From Octopus vulgaris (lineage: Eukaryota): 64,000 nt of DNA. Shown piece after piece: positions 29,017 through 43,010 of this stretch (position 1 is its first letter; each line of letters begins with the position of its first letter). Below the pieces are notes generated by a model. The model saw nothing but the letters and a program-made list of their open reading frames with translations. It was not told the DNA's origin and did not search any database. The position numbers and the translations under genes were made by a program. The stretch spans positions 20,212,001 to 20,276,000 of the forward strand of contig OX597832.1 of the NCBI GenBank assembly GCA_951406725.2, written 5' to 3'.

Positions 29017-29970
29017 CGGCCATCGAAACGATGCTATATTTTGTTTATACATATATATGCAAATTGTATGTAAGTGTGATTTTCTCCCTCCCTTTTTCTC
29101 CCTCTGTTTCTCTCTCTCTCTCTCTCCCTTTGTCTTTATATGCAAATGAACAGGCATTAGTGTGTATATGTGTGTATGTATGTATTTGTGCGACTGTATT
29201 TGTGTGTTTATGAATACTACGATTTAGATGCAGCTCTGTGTGAACATTATCTGTTGCACATACATAGTATATTCTTTTTGCTTATACGACCATTTGCTGA
29301 GGCATAGCATCTCGAAGAAGCTCCCTACTTGACGGCGAGTGTTATAATACACTGAATATCTCAGACGAGATGAGACAATTCGCCTCGCTATCATATTGCA
29401 TATTTATATTTAGCCATAATTGTGGTTCATCGGTATCAAAAACGCGAAAGGCCTCAAAATGAAATAAGCCGTCCGTCTGAGAGATATTTGCAAATAGAAT
29501 GAAGTCTATTTGCTGATGTGCTGCGGCGGAGCACATATTAAAGAAAAATATATTCCGAATTAAAAGCAGCTCTACATTGTCTTAGCTGCTTTTAATACGT
29601 AATTTTATTCAGTTTTCCTTTCCAAATTAAATCCCAGCGTGTTGGGCGGCACGGGGTTGTAGCAGAATTCAGAAGCTGATTGTGCCGCGCACTGTAACTG
29701 AACTTGAAAATACGCGGTTGCAAGTGAGCACCCTACTCTTATAATTATGCACCCGCAGAGACAAATACTAATTGATTTCCAGTATGCAGCTATTTCTTAT
29801 TTACGATCTTCGAAGAAATTTGTTTGATAATATCGATCCCAATGTTGGTTATATATCGAATCCAATAGAATTCGATTTGATCTGGTTTCGAACCTATTTG
29901 AATTCTCTTGAGAAATCACATGCTCGCCTTGTCATCCTTTAAACAAATTTGCAGCTTAAAAATATTTATT

Positions 29971-30200
29971 TCTTTACTACCCACAAGAGGCTAAACATAG
30001 AGGGGACAAACAAGGACAGACAAACGGATTAAGTCGATTGCATCGACCCCAGAGCGTGACTGATACTTAATTTATCGACCCCGAAAGGATGAAAGGCAAA
30101 AGTCGACCTCGGTGGAAGTTGAACTCAGAACGTAACGGCAGACGAAATACGGCTACGCATTTCGCCCGGCGTGCTAACGTTTCTGCTAGCTCGGCGGCTT
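29971..30200 (-). mobile_element. SINE family A, full length with 23-bp TSD
   Basis: TSD tttgcagcttaaaaatatttatt at 29948-29970 and 30201-30223. Confidence 0.92.
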
Positions 30201-30546
30201 TTTGCAGCTTAAAAATATTTATTGCCTATGAATGTAGTGTCTTGAGTGAACTTGGATTAATTTGCATAAATAGTGTATTGCTGGTTTTAATTCTATTGAT
30301 GTATTGTAATGTATTTCAATGTATTTCAATTAATTCGAAGAGAATGTGCTTCAAACTTCATTTTAATTAACCAAGCTCGTGTTTTTGAACTTTCACAGCA
30401 TCAGCGAGAACCAGGATCCTTTTTTTAGTACGCTTGTAACCTCTAAGGGGTGGAATATGTTGCTTGTATATGCGTGCCGAACAAACAAACCTTTTTCTTA
30501 AGGATAATTTTAATACTTGTTTTCACATGTAATATGTTCAAAAGCT

Positions 30547-30952
30547 TTGGGCGGCCAATGTTTCGCAGGGCGGAGAAACATTGGCCGCCCGAAGCTGAGG
30601 TACAGGCACGTGTGCAGGAGGGATATGAAGGCGCTTAGCATCAACACCAATTCCTGGGAGGATCTCGCAGCTGACCGAACCAGCTGGAGAAGCACTCTTC
30701 ACAAACAACTGCAAACCGGCGAAGAGAAATTGAGGGTAGCGGCAGCTGAAAACCGAGACCGCAGAAAAGAAATGACAGCCAACAGACCGGATTCAACGTA
30801 TAGGTATGACCTCTGCAAACGAGACCTCTGCCACTCTCGCATCAGTCTCTACAGCCACAGGAGGCGTCGCAAAAACTGAATAGACAACTCAACGGAAGGA
30901 TGATATCATGCATGGTCAGCCATGACCAACGAAGCCCCCCCATCCCACAAAA
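30547..30952 (+). mobile_element. RTE-clade LINE 3' fragment with C-terminal zinc-finger relic and TSD
   Basis: GRRNIGRPKLRYRHVCRRDMKALSINTNSWEDLAADRTSWR...LCKRDLCHSRISLYSHRRR; TSD atgttcaaaagct at 30534-30546 and 30953-30965. Confidence 0.9.
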
Positions 30953-30971
30953 ATGTTCAAAAGCTGTTATA

Positions 30972-31278
30972 TTTTTTACTCTCTCACACAATAACATTCA
31001 GTCTCACTAGCGAAAAGTGCCGTAACATTTTCGCGTTCCTTCGCGTTCTGTGTCAGCGTAAATTTATTTGACATTCCTGCTTTCTAGATTTCAAAAGAAT
31101 GTACAGATGGGGCAAAATCGGTGCAGAAGCATTATTCATAATTTCTACTCTCTCGCACGAAAATATTTAAAATCTCAATATCGAAAATTGCCGTAATATA
31201 CATACATTCGCTTGTATCCTGTGTCAGGATAAATTCATTTGATTTTTCCTGCTTCGCTGATGTCAGACGAATGCACAG
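30972..31278. repeat. Diverged ~168-bp tandem duplication
   Basis: tactctctc.cac..gaaaa.tgccgtaa..ctgtgtcag..taaatt.atttga..ttcctgctt..gaatg.acag occurs twice. Confidence 0.7.
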
Positions 31279-31341
31279 TATATAAACGTCGATGTATTTT
31301 TTCTATCCGTTACTAGCGGAAGCATCACTTGCTTCTGCTTC

Positions 31342-31404
<63 letters not shown>

Positions 31405-31450
31405 ACAACATCATCAGCATCATCATCATCATCATCTTGATCATCATCAT
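31342..31450. repeat. (CAT)n microsatellite
   Basis: Direct inspection. Confidence 0.95.
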
Positions 31451-31837
31451 TTACCTCATCCGCTGACGAAGAAAGTTAGAAAGAAATTTCATCATCGCTC
31501 TGTAAATCTTCCATTTGTGACATTGTTTCTCACATCGATATTTAATGAAAAGTAGTAATAGCAAACAACGTTGAATAAGAAGTGGAAATGCTGTCAAACT
31601 ATCAGCTTTCGACACAATTGAGCTGAAATAATAAGAATCTAATCCTTTTTCTTTGTTTTTCTGGAGAGACAAGAGACCATCCTATTATCACCCAGAGCCA
31701 GTTAGAATTGCAGCAGGTGATTGGTTACTTCTCCTCGATCCGAAGAAAATTTTACTTAACAAGAATTCTTCTTGTCTTTTCTAGTGTTGATTTCTTTCAC
31801 ACATACACATACCATAAAAGAAAACGATAAACGTCGC

Positions 31838-32136
31838 CTTGTTGAAGCCTACCAAGGCTCATGGGCCCGGTTTCCCAGTTTCTGTGGCGTATGCGTTCCC
31901 CCCAGCTGGACGGGACGCCAGTCCATCGCCGCGTTACTCAAGAAACAGGAAGAGAGAGTGAGAGAAAGTTGTGGCGAGAGAGTACAACAGGGGTCGCCAC
32001 CACCCCCTGCCGGAGCCTCGTGAATCTTTTAGGTGTTTTCGCTCAATAAACACACACAACGCCCGATCTGGGAATCGAAACCGCGATCCTCCGACCGCGA
32101 GTCCGCTGCCCTAACCACTGGACCATTGCACCTCCA
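31838..32136 (-). mobile_element. SINE with family C head/body and alternative 3' tail
   Basis: ~31942-32136 aligns with 15567-15760; the remainder differs. Confidence 0.85.
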
Positions 32137-33224
32137 CGATGCATACACATACGCACACACACATATACACTCTCATTTACAGCAATTCTTAACAAGTTGG
32201 TGATAGAACTCTGTATAATTATGCTTCAGTATATACATAAAGTATGCTTCAGTATATACATAAATAAATGTACAGATACATATGTAAATGTATATGTAGA
32301 TATAGATACAAAGATATATGCATACATGCTTATACAAGTATATACATATGTATATATATATACGCATATTTGCGCGTCTATATCCGTATATGTTTTATTC
32401 GTATGTGCTCCTTTTATAGATGGTAGGTAACCTTATGATTCCACAAACGTGTAACGGTGACGTAAGCACAAGTTTTGAAAGTACAGGTATGTATATGATA
32501 CCTTTAAAGCGTTGCCCCAACGGGGCCGTAACCCATTGACTTAAGGCAGTAATACAATATATTCATATAAAAAAAATTTCCTGTGTAAACAAGCCAAATG
32601 TCAAAAATAGTGTGAGGGAGTTGAAGTGACATTGTTTGAAATCAATGCCTTTTTGCAAGTGTCTGGCGTGTAGTGAAATAAAATATCTACCACTCGCAAT
32701 CAAAATTAAATAACTGTCTCAAGTTGTCTCGTCTACATCTCGACTATCATATATACATTTCCACAAGATAATAATCCATTTAGTTTATTTCCCAAAGCAC
32801 AAAGAAAGCTGTGAGACTGGTGGTAACCTCAGAATTAATAGAATCTTTAGTTTTATTTTATCCACTGTCCGGGTCACATTTCGTTAGAGTTACAATCAGT
32901 GTTATGATGTAACGTAACAGATGCGGTAAAATTTTCAATTTAACATTGTGTTACTTTCTTGATCATCAGCGCCAATATTATAATAGGGCATTCGTAATGT
33001 CAAGGAAGTAAAATGACTAACCTAGAAAGCCTTTAAGAGGACGTTAAAGCCTGCCAAAAATAACAGTCAAATGTGTATCAGATTTTATTCTCTAGTGTTT
33101 GAAATGAAGGATATATCATTTTTGTTAACTATTTGAAACAATCGTTTACAATTGTTAAATAAACAAAATAACTTCAATTACATTATTTCCAATTTCCCCA
33201 GCGATAGAAACATCCACAGTCGTG

Positions 33225-33446
33225 TGTGTATATGTTTGTCTGACTGTGTTTGTTCCCCAAACATCGCTTGACAACCGATGCTGGTGTGTTTACGTCCCCG
33301 TATCTTAGCGGTTCGGCAAAAGAGACCGATATAGAATAAGTACTAGGTTTACAAAGAATAAGTCCTGGGGTCGATTTGCTCGACTAAAGGCGGTGCTCCA
33401 ACATGACCACAGTCAAATGAGTGAAACAAGTAAAAGAGTAAAAGAG
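33225..33446 (+). mobile_element. SINE family B, 3' half
   Basis: catcgcttgacaaccgatgctggtgtg..gaaacaagtaaaagagtaaaagag. Confidence 0.85.
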
Positions 33447-34201
33447 ACGTACGAATTGTTATGGTTATAAAAAACATTAAAAGTTTGCTAGAGGCAATGT
33501 TTGGCCGAGACTATTCCGAGACAAGGGAAATAATTCCAAGCGTTTCTGGATAATTCAGCTTCATTAGCAGAAATATAGTCATCAACATTGATTGTAAGCA
33601 CTGTAATAACTAGTTTACAGTATAGAAGATCATGTAAAAGATTTGAAAGTGACAATAAATCGAAATCATTAATAATTCAAATATATATAAAGCATCATCG
33701 ATTATGTATTTCAATCGTAACATGCAATACATTATTCCAAGTATTGAAACAACAAATTAGTTACATAAGACGATAAAAATAAAATACCATCTGTTCTTCT
33801 CTCTCTTTCTCCTCTCTCTCTCTCTCTCTCTCTGGCATATCTACAATAGATGCACTGCAGTTCTTCATGCTAAATGAGAAACAATTAATTTCGATGTTAA
33901 AACTTAGTCAGCCTTACACAGCACCCATTGCTCATCCGCATTTTAACCATGATTAACCGTCTTTTAATTTTTAGGAATACACAATGGAAAATTACTAAAA
34001 TTCTATAAAGTTCAATTCTATAAAGAACCTGAAATTATTTTTTATAAAAGATATATCAAATTACGGAGATGTAATTGCATAGGAAGTGATTTGATCTGAG
34101 ATCGTGTGCTGCAACGAAAACAACTGCAGCGTTGAAGGTGTTTGTAAGCCATTCAAGAAACACACAAAAGCCGTTCGATTGACTTCAACATTTAAGTTTA
34201 A

Positions 34202-34252
34202 TTTGTGAAAATATTTTCGTCGCTACAAGACCGCGACCTGTTCACTGACAAA
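34202..34252 (-). ncRNA. Type I hammerhead motif with G3-C8 swapped core
   Basis: UUUGUCA|GUGAACA|G|GUCGC-GGUCUUGUA-GCGAC|GAAA|AUAU|UU|UCACAAA; stem I 6/7 bp, perfect 5-bp stem II, palindromic stem III. Confidence 0.75.
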
Positions 34253-34334
34253 AAAATCCGTGCTCCACGCTGCAATATATAAAATTGTGTGAAAGTATAG
34301 CAGACCTTTAATCTCTACGAAGCTTTCCAAGGTC

Positions 34335-34466
34335 ACCGAGATCGACTTTGACATTCATCCTTTCAGAATCGATGGCATAAACACTAGTTACGCACTGGGG
34401 TTGATATAATCGATTATTCCCGTCCCCCCAGATTTCAGACTTTGTGCCTCAAGTAGAAAGAATTAA
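34335..34466 (+). mobile_element. SINE family A, degenerate 3' part
   Basis: ccgagatcgactttgacattcatcctttc..actggggttgat. Confidence 0.7.
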
Positions 34467-35492
34467 TATTGTTGTTGTTGCTGCTGCTGTTACAATTTCT
34501 ATTATTATTGGGAAAATGGTGGTAAAGTCAGGAGACCAATGAAAATATTAATGGACTCCGTTGAGGCTCTAACAGTAATTCGGCTCGTTTATATTATGAC
34601 ACAATTTCAAACATCACTAATGCCCTTGGACAAAATTTGCCTTTCACCACATCCCGTCTCTCGTAACCAATAAAAATTCCTTTAAAATACATAGTATTTT
34701 CATGCCTAGTCGAATAAAAGACAATAATGTTTTGCTGAAATATACAGCTACAGATTAGGGAACAATTCTGTAGTTCAAATATAACAAATACAGAAAAATA
34801 TTACGCTGAGATAAGCGCACCCAGAAGGGATATAACGGGATATATAATGGAGGAATGGCGTAGGATAAATAAAAAGGAACGTGCGCTTCGATTTAGTGTT
34901 TGTGTTGTAGTGTAGAGGTGGAGAAATCATATGAGGTGTAAAACCGAAAAAAATAAATTTCTCGCATACAATGATCTATAAGATAGGAAGACAAACATTT
35001 CTGAATGTTTTTAAGTGTACAGGGAAACGCCTTCAGTAAAGCAAACAAACACGATCTCGCACAGAAGCACACAAATACACATACAATTATATAACACACA
35101 CACACACACACACACGCACACACACACACACACACACACTCACACAAACGTATATACACATACACACACTCACATACAAGGTCGCACACGTAAAAGCATA
35201 TAAAATACATTCACAAATATTTGATTGTTTACAATCGTATTCAAGAATGCCGTTATATGTTAGATACACTATGTATATACACACGTATATATATAGGTGT
35301 ATAATTGCACTTTTTGCATATACGTATATACATCTATGCAAGCGAGAGCGTGTTTTTAAACAGTAGCAAAAACGAATTAAATATATTTAGAATATTAACA
35401 TGCGTCAGCTCACTAAACAATAATAAAATTGAAAACACACGTCATAAAAAAAACCACCCACACACACATAAATATATATATATGCATATATG

Positions 35493-35538
<46 letters not shown>

Positions 35539-35544
35539 TATATG

Positions 35545-35597
<53 letters not shown>

Positions 35598-36089
35598 ACA
35601 TATATATATATATAGATATGTTCATATGCACATATAGATATGACTGCATTTGTATATATATATTTATGCTATATATATATAACGTATATGCACAGACATA
35701 CACACGCACACAGAGGTGTTATGTGTATATGTGCTTGCGCGTGTGTGTGTTTTAGTGCATGAATGGAAAGCAAAGATAGAGAAATCTCCAAATTCGTGAA
35801 GCAGTGAAATGTCATATGTCTTAAGGTAAAATTCACAGAAATTAAAAAAAATCAAACCGACACGCACATATGAACACACATAAAAATATGTACATACCCT
35901 TACACGCATACACACATCCACATACCTGTGCACACATTCACGCATCCACGCACACGTCTACATATACACACTCCTCAAAATCCTGTATATATATATATAT
36001 AAACACTAACACATAAACGTTTAGTAGATTTTACATAAATATATATATTTATGTACATTTTTATGTATGTGTGTATACATACATACAAG

Positions 36090-36270
<181 letters not shown>

Positions 36271-36392
36271 AGAAATCTTGGAAATGTATGCATGACCTTC
36301 AATCACGTAATAATTTAAATAATATATATATATATATGCATATATAATACATATGTGTACATACGTATATATGTATATAGATATCCATATAT

Positions 36393-36800
36393 GGATACAG
36401 GATGTCACAGAACGTAAAAACAACATGAAATAGATATAAGAAAACATGGAATACGAATATTTTTGGGAAACAACGAAAGAAACAAATGGAAAACAAGAGA
36501 AACACGGTAAAGAACGATCCTTCATCTATTGTCGGCTCTATTTCGACTCAGTATTTCGAGCAATTCACGACAGGATACGCCTTCGACAAAACGGTTGCAG
36601 AGGGTGAAATTTGGTAACAAAAACCAGGAGAGTAAAAACAAACAGGAAAAGCTGCTAAGCCTAAACGACGTGAGGTGGTGAACGCTGGTGGAACAAGCTT
36701 TGACAATAAACACACAAGAATGCGTCTGGTTCCTACAGCTGATCAGAAGGAAAGTAATTCAAGATAGAAAAAGAAAGATGGTCGATGGTCACGTGCGATC
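36393..36800. repeat. Repeat family G copy
   Basis: Collinear with 7430-7860; degenerate HHR-like minus-strand segment ~36540-36592. Confidence 0.6.
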
Positions 36801-37437
36801 AACGCTAGAGCAAAGGAGCAAGATTGAGGGAGAGAGGGGGAAAGACAGAGAACGGCGAAGGGAAGGGGAAAAGAACTATAGAAAGGATGAGAGAGAGAGA
36901 GAAAGGAAGAGAAAGGAAACGAAAGAAAAGTAGAATAGAACAAGTGTCGCATCATAATTATCAAAATAAATCATACTTGGAAAGGGATGCGTTGCGTTCA
37001 ATTATATAATAATATAAATAATATACATATGCATATATACGTATATATATGTACGTAGCTTTATTTAAGGAAGGAAAATGCACAAACTTTACATAGTTTT
37101 AATATAAAGTTTAATATACCTTATATTGTTTGTCAACCTGTTTTGTTTTCGCTAATCATGAAATTAAAATTTATGTGTATATACATATGCATATATGGGC
37201 ACAGGACGTCATGATGTTCGACATTCTATTTGTTACTTTCGTTGTTTGTAAAAAATGTCGTATTCTAGGTTTACGTATTTCACATTTCATGTTGTTTCCG
37301 TTCTGTGATGTCCTGTACATTCTGTGCCAATATATGCATATGTATGTCTATACATATGTAAGTATATACATATATGTAGGTATATAAGCCAATATATATA
37401 TAATTTATATCATTATTCGATTGAACGCCACGCATGC

Positions 37438-37469
<32 letters not shown>

Positions 37470-37573
37470 GTATATATATACATATATACATATATATATA
37501 TAATATATTATGCGTATATATATATTGTGACAGAATGGGACGAATTTCGATTATACCCACGTGGCGAGTTGCA

Positions 37574-37898
37574 TATATAAGAAATTAAAGAAGAAAAATA
37601 CACACAATTTATATAGTTATAATATAAAGTTTAATGTATCTTATATTGTGTTTGTCGTCCGGTTTCGCCTTCGCTAATCATGAAATTAAATTTTAGTTGA
37701 ATACATATTTTCTTAACAAAATCATTCATTCATGAACTCCACACAGAATGTGGACAAAAAAATTTCTTAGGAAAATACGTATTTAAAAATATTTTAACGT
37801 CATGACTATCGAAAGCGAAACCTGTCGACAAACACAATATAAGATATATTTAAAATTAAATTAAAACTAAGTGTGTGCATTTTCCTTCTTTGATTTCT

Positions 37899-37902
<4 letters not shown>
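37574..37902. mobile_element. Inverted pair of ~110-bp PLE-type terminal repeats, each with an A3-U8 hammerhead motif
   Basis: 37574-37685 is the reverse complement of ~37799-37902; + HHR 37799-37829 GUC|AUGACUA|UC-GAAA-GC|GAAA|CCUG|UC|GAC; - HHR 37651-37685 UC|AUGAUUA|GC-GAAG-GC|GAAA|CCGG|AC|GA; third decayed copy ~37065-37172. Confidence 0.7.
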
Positions 37903-37929
<27 letters not shown>

Positions 37930-38251
37930 ATAAACTAAACTTTTAAGGAAATACGCCATTAAAAAATATACACGGTAATTTTTTATAATGTTTAACAACT
38001 CAATTACATTTCTTATATCTGTGACAAAACCATGAATCAGTGACGTATCTTCCTCGCCCTCTTTCCTTCTCTCTCTTTCTCTATCTCTTAATCCATCTCT
38101 TCACCATCTTCAATAGCCATCACGATATGCCTTTAGACTTTAATGAGAAATTATTCCCTCAAAAACTACGTACACCTATCTATGATGAATATATGTGCAT
38201 CTATCTACAAACGTATCTATTATCTAATTCATAGATATATGTATATACTGA

Positions 38252-38295
<44 letters not shown>

Positions 38296-38467
38296 GGTGA
38301 GGACCGAAATCCTTCAAAGGGATATCAAACATTTGAATCGAAGTTGGTCTACACTAAGAAGTTTTTCCTTTTCTTATATATGTATGTATGCATATATATA
38401 TATATGTATGCATATATACATACATTCAAATATACACACAAACACAAACACACACACACACATATAT

Positions 38468-38546
<79 letters not shown>

Positions 38547-38648
38547 CATTCATGCATGCGTACATGTGTTAAGTTTCTGCGTATTGTATGTATACAAGGT
38601 ATATACGTTCGTGTTTGTGTGTATGAGTGCCTGTATATGTTTATAATC

Positions 38649-38709
<61 letters not shown>

Positions 38710-39326
38710 TGTTTGCAGTGTGCGTGCGTGGATGTGCACGTGTTTGTGTATGTGTATGGTTATGTGTGTGTATATGTATGTGTGTGTGTATGTATGTGTG
38801 TGTGGTTGTGTGTGTGTATTTAAGCCTTTGTGCCTGTGTCAGTCTGCACCTCAGTCGGTATGTAGAAACGTGACCAACGTTCAGCCATTTTCGTGTTAAG
38901 TAGATGCAAACTTCTCAAAGTGGTAATCGGAAACCGATGTCGGAAATGTAAGTATAAGCTACACCAATTTCTCCTACATTTTAAGTACGTTGAACTCCTT
39001 AGAATTAAAGTAACTTAGAACTTCCATTAAACAGAGTCGCATCAACGATATTGGTCTTAACAAAATGAAGAAGGAAATGAAAATACGACAATAAGTTATT
39101 TTGAATAACCTGTGTTTAAGTTGTAGCTTCAATATCCAACAAAATGACGTTGAATACTTTTGTTCCTTAAAGTAAGTTACAAACTTGAATAAGTTGGTAA
39201 TAAAATGTATGTATTTATGTATGTATGTATATATAAGTATGTATGTGCTTGTGTGTGTGTATGTTTTGATCGATAGATTGACATAGGTAAATCTATCCAG
39301 GCATAAATACACACATGCACACACAC

Positions 39327-39393
<67 letters not shown>

Positions 39394-39397
<4 letters not shown>

Positions 39398-39759
39398 AGA
39401 GTGGCTGTATACATTGTTTCGGGTTTAGTCCCACTGCGTGGCACATTGGGCAAGTGTCTTCTCCTATCCTTGTCAGTGGATTTGGTAGACTTAACCTGAA
39501 AGATGCCTTTCGCATATATATATATATATGTGTGTGTGTTTGTGTGTATCTTTGTGTGTCTGTATTTGTCCTCCTTCATCGCTTGACAACCGATGCTTGT
39601 GTGTTTACATCCCCTTAACGTAGCGGTTCGGCAAAAGAGACCGATAGAATAAGTTTAGAAAGAATATGTCCTGGGGTCGATTTGCTCGACTAAATGACGA
39701 TGCTCCAGCATGGCCACACTCAAATGAGTGAAACAAGTAAATGAGTAAAAAGAGTAAAG
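39394..39759 (+). mobile_element. SINE family B
   Basis: Both halves plus internal SSR; head partly deleted. Confidence 0.85.
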
Positions 39760-40345
39760 ATTATGTATAAATGTTGAAATTTCCTTTGAATCTACAAAAC
39801 TAGTCTTTGCCTAAGGCAAAGAATAGACATCCAGAGTCTAAATTTAATAATCTACTCAAGTACAAGAAGGCATGTTGATCTTCTTTTAGGGAGGACATAG
39901 TATACACATGACTTTTAGGGACCAAACACTACATCGTCTCATTCAGTCAAAATTCGTTGAAAGATGCAGTACATGCCATGGATCCAGTAAAGGACAAATC
40001 ATTTACTTTATCAAAGCTGACATCAGCGGGATTTGAACCTAGAACATAAAAACGCCGTAACCAGATGTCACTGCGAAAGCAATTTTGAGGTTAAACTAAC
40101 GGATTTGCCAAACCATAGCGATCGTATAAATAACGGCAACTATAAAAAAAATGTACAGCGTGGACTAGTGAAGGCTATGAAAATAAGGAGTTGTTAGAAT
40201 AGAAAAGGGGACAATAAGCAACAACAACGAAAAACAATAAACATAAAACGTATATTACAAAAGAACCAACAAAAAGAAAGATTATTTTCAAGAAGCGGGC
40301 AAGAGATACACAAGCAATATGTGTGTGTGAGTCTATGTATCTATA

Positions 40346-40402
<57 letters not shown>

Positions 40403-40512
40403 GTATATACATATATTCACAAATATACATATACATATATATGTATATACATATATACACATATATACATATATATATGTGTATATGTATATACATAGAT
40501 ATAAGTACCTAT

Positions 40513-40557
<45 letters not shown>

Positions 40558-41084
40558 TACGTATATATGTATATATATACACACGTGTGTGTGTGTGTGT
40601 TATAAATAAAAGTAAACAGAATGAAAGATAGTATTCACTGTCATGGTTGAAAGGGTGTTATTAATTTGAATTATAGTCGTATTTTTTGCGGTTGCTGCTG
40701 TGGCTGGTGATGTTGCTACAACAGCATATATAATATATGCACACACACACATATATATATATATATAAAGGGAGAGAGACAGACAGACAGAGAAAGACAT
40801 AGATAGATATGTATATATATATATGTGTGTGTGTGTGTCTTTGTTGGGTATGTGCGTTTTTGTTGGTATATGTGTAATGATGTTTTCTTTATATATAATC
40901 GTTTCCATTGTGACTGCAACGTTAACAAAGGAAGACCAGGAGGAGATAGAAAAAAAAATAACACATCACTGTATACATAAACATAATTTAACAATAGCGT
41001 GATCACATGCATTGAAGCTCACTGACCCGAACTGTTGAAGAATAAACGGGAATTGTATCACCTCACAGAAATACCTTCATACAA

Positions 41085-41385
<301 letters not shown>

Positions 41386-41739
41386 GTGTCTATTCGACCG
41401 TGTGCAAGAAAAAGAGGGCTGTTTATCATTATGTGTGTTTACAATATATAAAGAAGGAGCCTGACCTTGACTGCAACGAATATTAGATCTATATCTATAT
41501 AGTAGTTACGAGTGTGTTTGTTTTTTTCGGCGATACCACGTACACAAATTTTCTTTTCTTTATTTACATTGTACGTATTGCGTAATTACTCTTGCGTCCG
41601 CGGAGATACGCATATAGATATAAATATAAGTATATATATATGTATGAAGCGACTGTCGTGGTGGTGGAGACAGATAGATAGAAAGATAGATAGATAGAAA
41701 TATCTGTGTCTGCGTGTATATATTTGTATATATGCATGC

Positions 41740-41773
<34 letters not shown>

Positions 41774-41956
41774 ATGAGTGTGTATACGTGTGCGTGTTTT
41801 ACTTGCAGCAATGACACAGGGTATCCGTGAACCAAAATATAATGTCTTATAGTCATATGTGACATAGCTGCCGGATTAGCTCTCTGTGAGGTATAAACAA
41901 CGTTGTTAATCTACTTCTATGTCTCAGATGCCGAATGAGAAAAAGTGGCGATTAAT

Positions 41957-42620
41957 CTATCTATCCGCTCAATCGAAGTTGACTCTCGTTTACTCGATGG
42001 ATCATGGTCCTCCAGTCAGTTCTATCCTGGGTCGCTTCTTTCAGATTGGCTATGGCCATTCCCGTGTCACTCTTGATGGTGTCAAGTCAGCGGGTTCTTG
42101 GTCGGCCTCTTCCTCTCTTGCCACTGACCATTGCGAGCACGATGTCCTTCTCCAGGTATTTTCTCCGCATAATATGACCAAAATATGTCAATCTATGCTT
42201 GGTGATCCTAACTTCTAGCGACAGTTTCAGCTTGGTCTGGTTACGAACTTCTCCATTGGTGAAACTCGCTGTCCATGGAATCGGTAAAAGTCTTCTCCAA
42301 CACCAAAACTCGAATGCATTAATTCTCTTCTGGTCAGCTTTCTTTAGTGTCCAGGTCTCGCATCCATATGTTGCTATTGGGAAGACGATTGCATTCACCA
42401 ATCTGCATTTGGTAGCGTGTCTGATGTCTCTACTCTTCCAGACCTTGCTCATACTGACCATTGCCTCTCTGCCTAACACTATCTGCCGCCTTATTTCTGG
42501 AGTGCAGTTACCATCTCGATTTATTTTGTAGCCAAGGAAGATGAAATCATCAACCACTTCGATCTCTTCATTATTGATCTTGAGCTGATGTTTGTTGTGG
42601 CTGCTGTTGACATGATCTTT
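41957..42620 (-). mobile_element. RTE (BovB-like) LINE, 5'-truncated, with TSD
   Basis: VDDFIFLG..EIRRQIVLG..VFPIATYGCETWT..INAFEFWCWRRLL.IPWTA..YFGHIMRR..LEKDIVL..GKRGRGRPRTR; TSD gcgattaat at 41948-41956 and 42621-42629; short (ATAG) tail. Confidence 0.92.
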
Positions 42621-42887
42621 GCGATTAATACTTAATTTGATTTTTCGTTAAATCCACAGTCAGGATTCGTGTACTCCATCCATTCTTGTTATTGATATAC
42701 ACTACCGTTAATTTTATTTTTCGATAGTTATCTTGTGTACTTTCTAGAGTTGAATATATTTGACCATCGCTAATAGGTTTTAGGAGTTGTAACCTGGTTT
42801 TCACAATTATTTAGCCACTTTCTGGAAATTAGTCAACGAAAGAAAGTCGTTGATGTCATATAGCCATCGCTTGTGTAATTCAGTAAA

Positions 42888-43010
42888 TCACGTGATCACG
42901 CGACCGACCAGGCTATCAGATGCTGCTACACATCGCTGATCGCAAAGCGTTTCACATTGTTTTAGACATCAAGTGAGGCCACCCTGCTGGCTAAGCGAGC
43001 AGGCCAACAG
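42888..43010 (-). mobile_element. SINE family D 3' tail
   Basis: Homologous to 20401-20528. Confidence 0.7.

Noticed and set aside
35789-35802. 14-nt match to U6 snRNA 3' region (caaattcgtgaagc)
   Set aside because: Flanks do not continue the U6 alignment; likely chance
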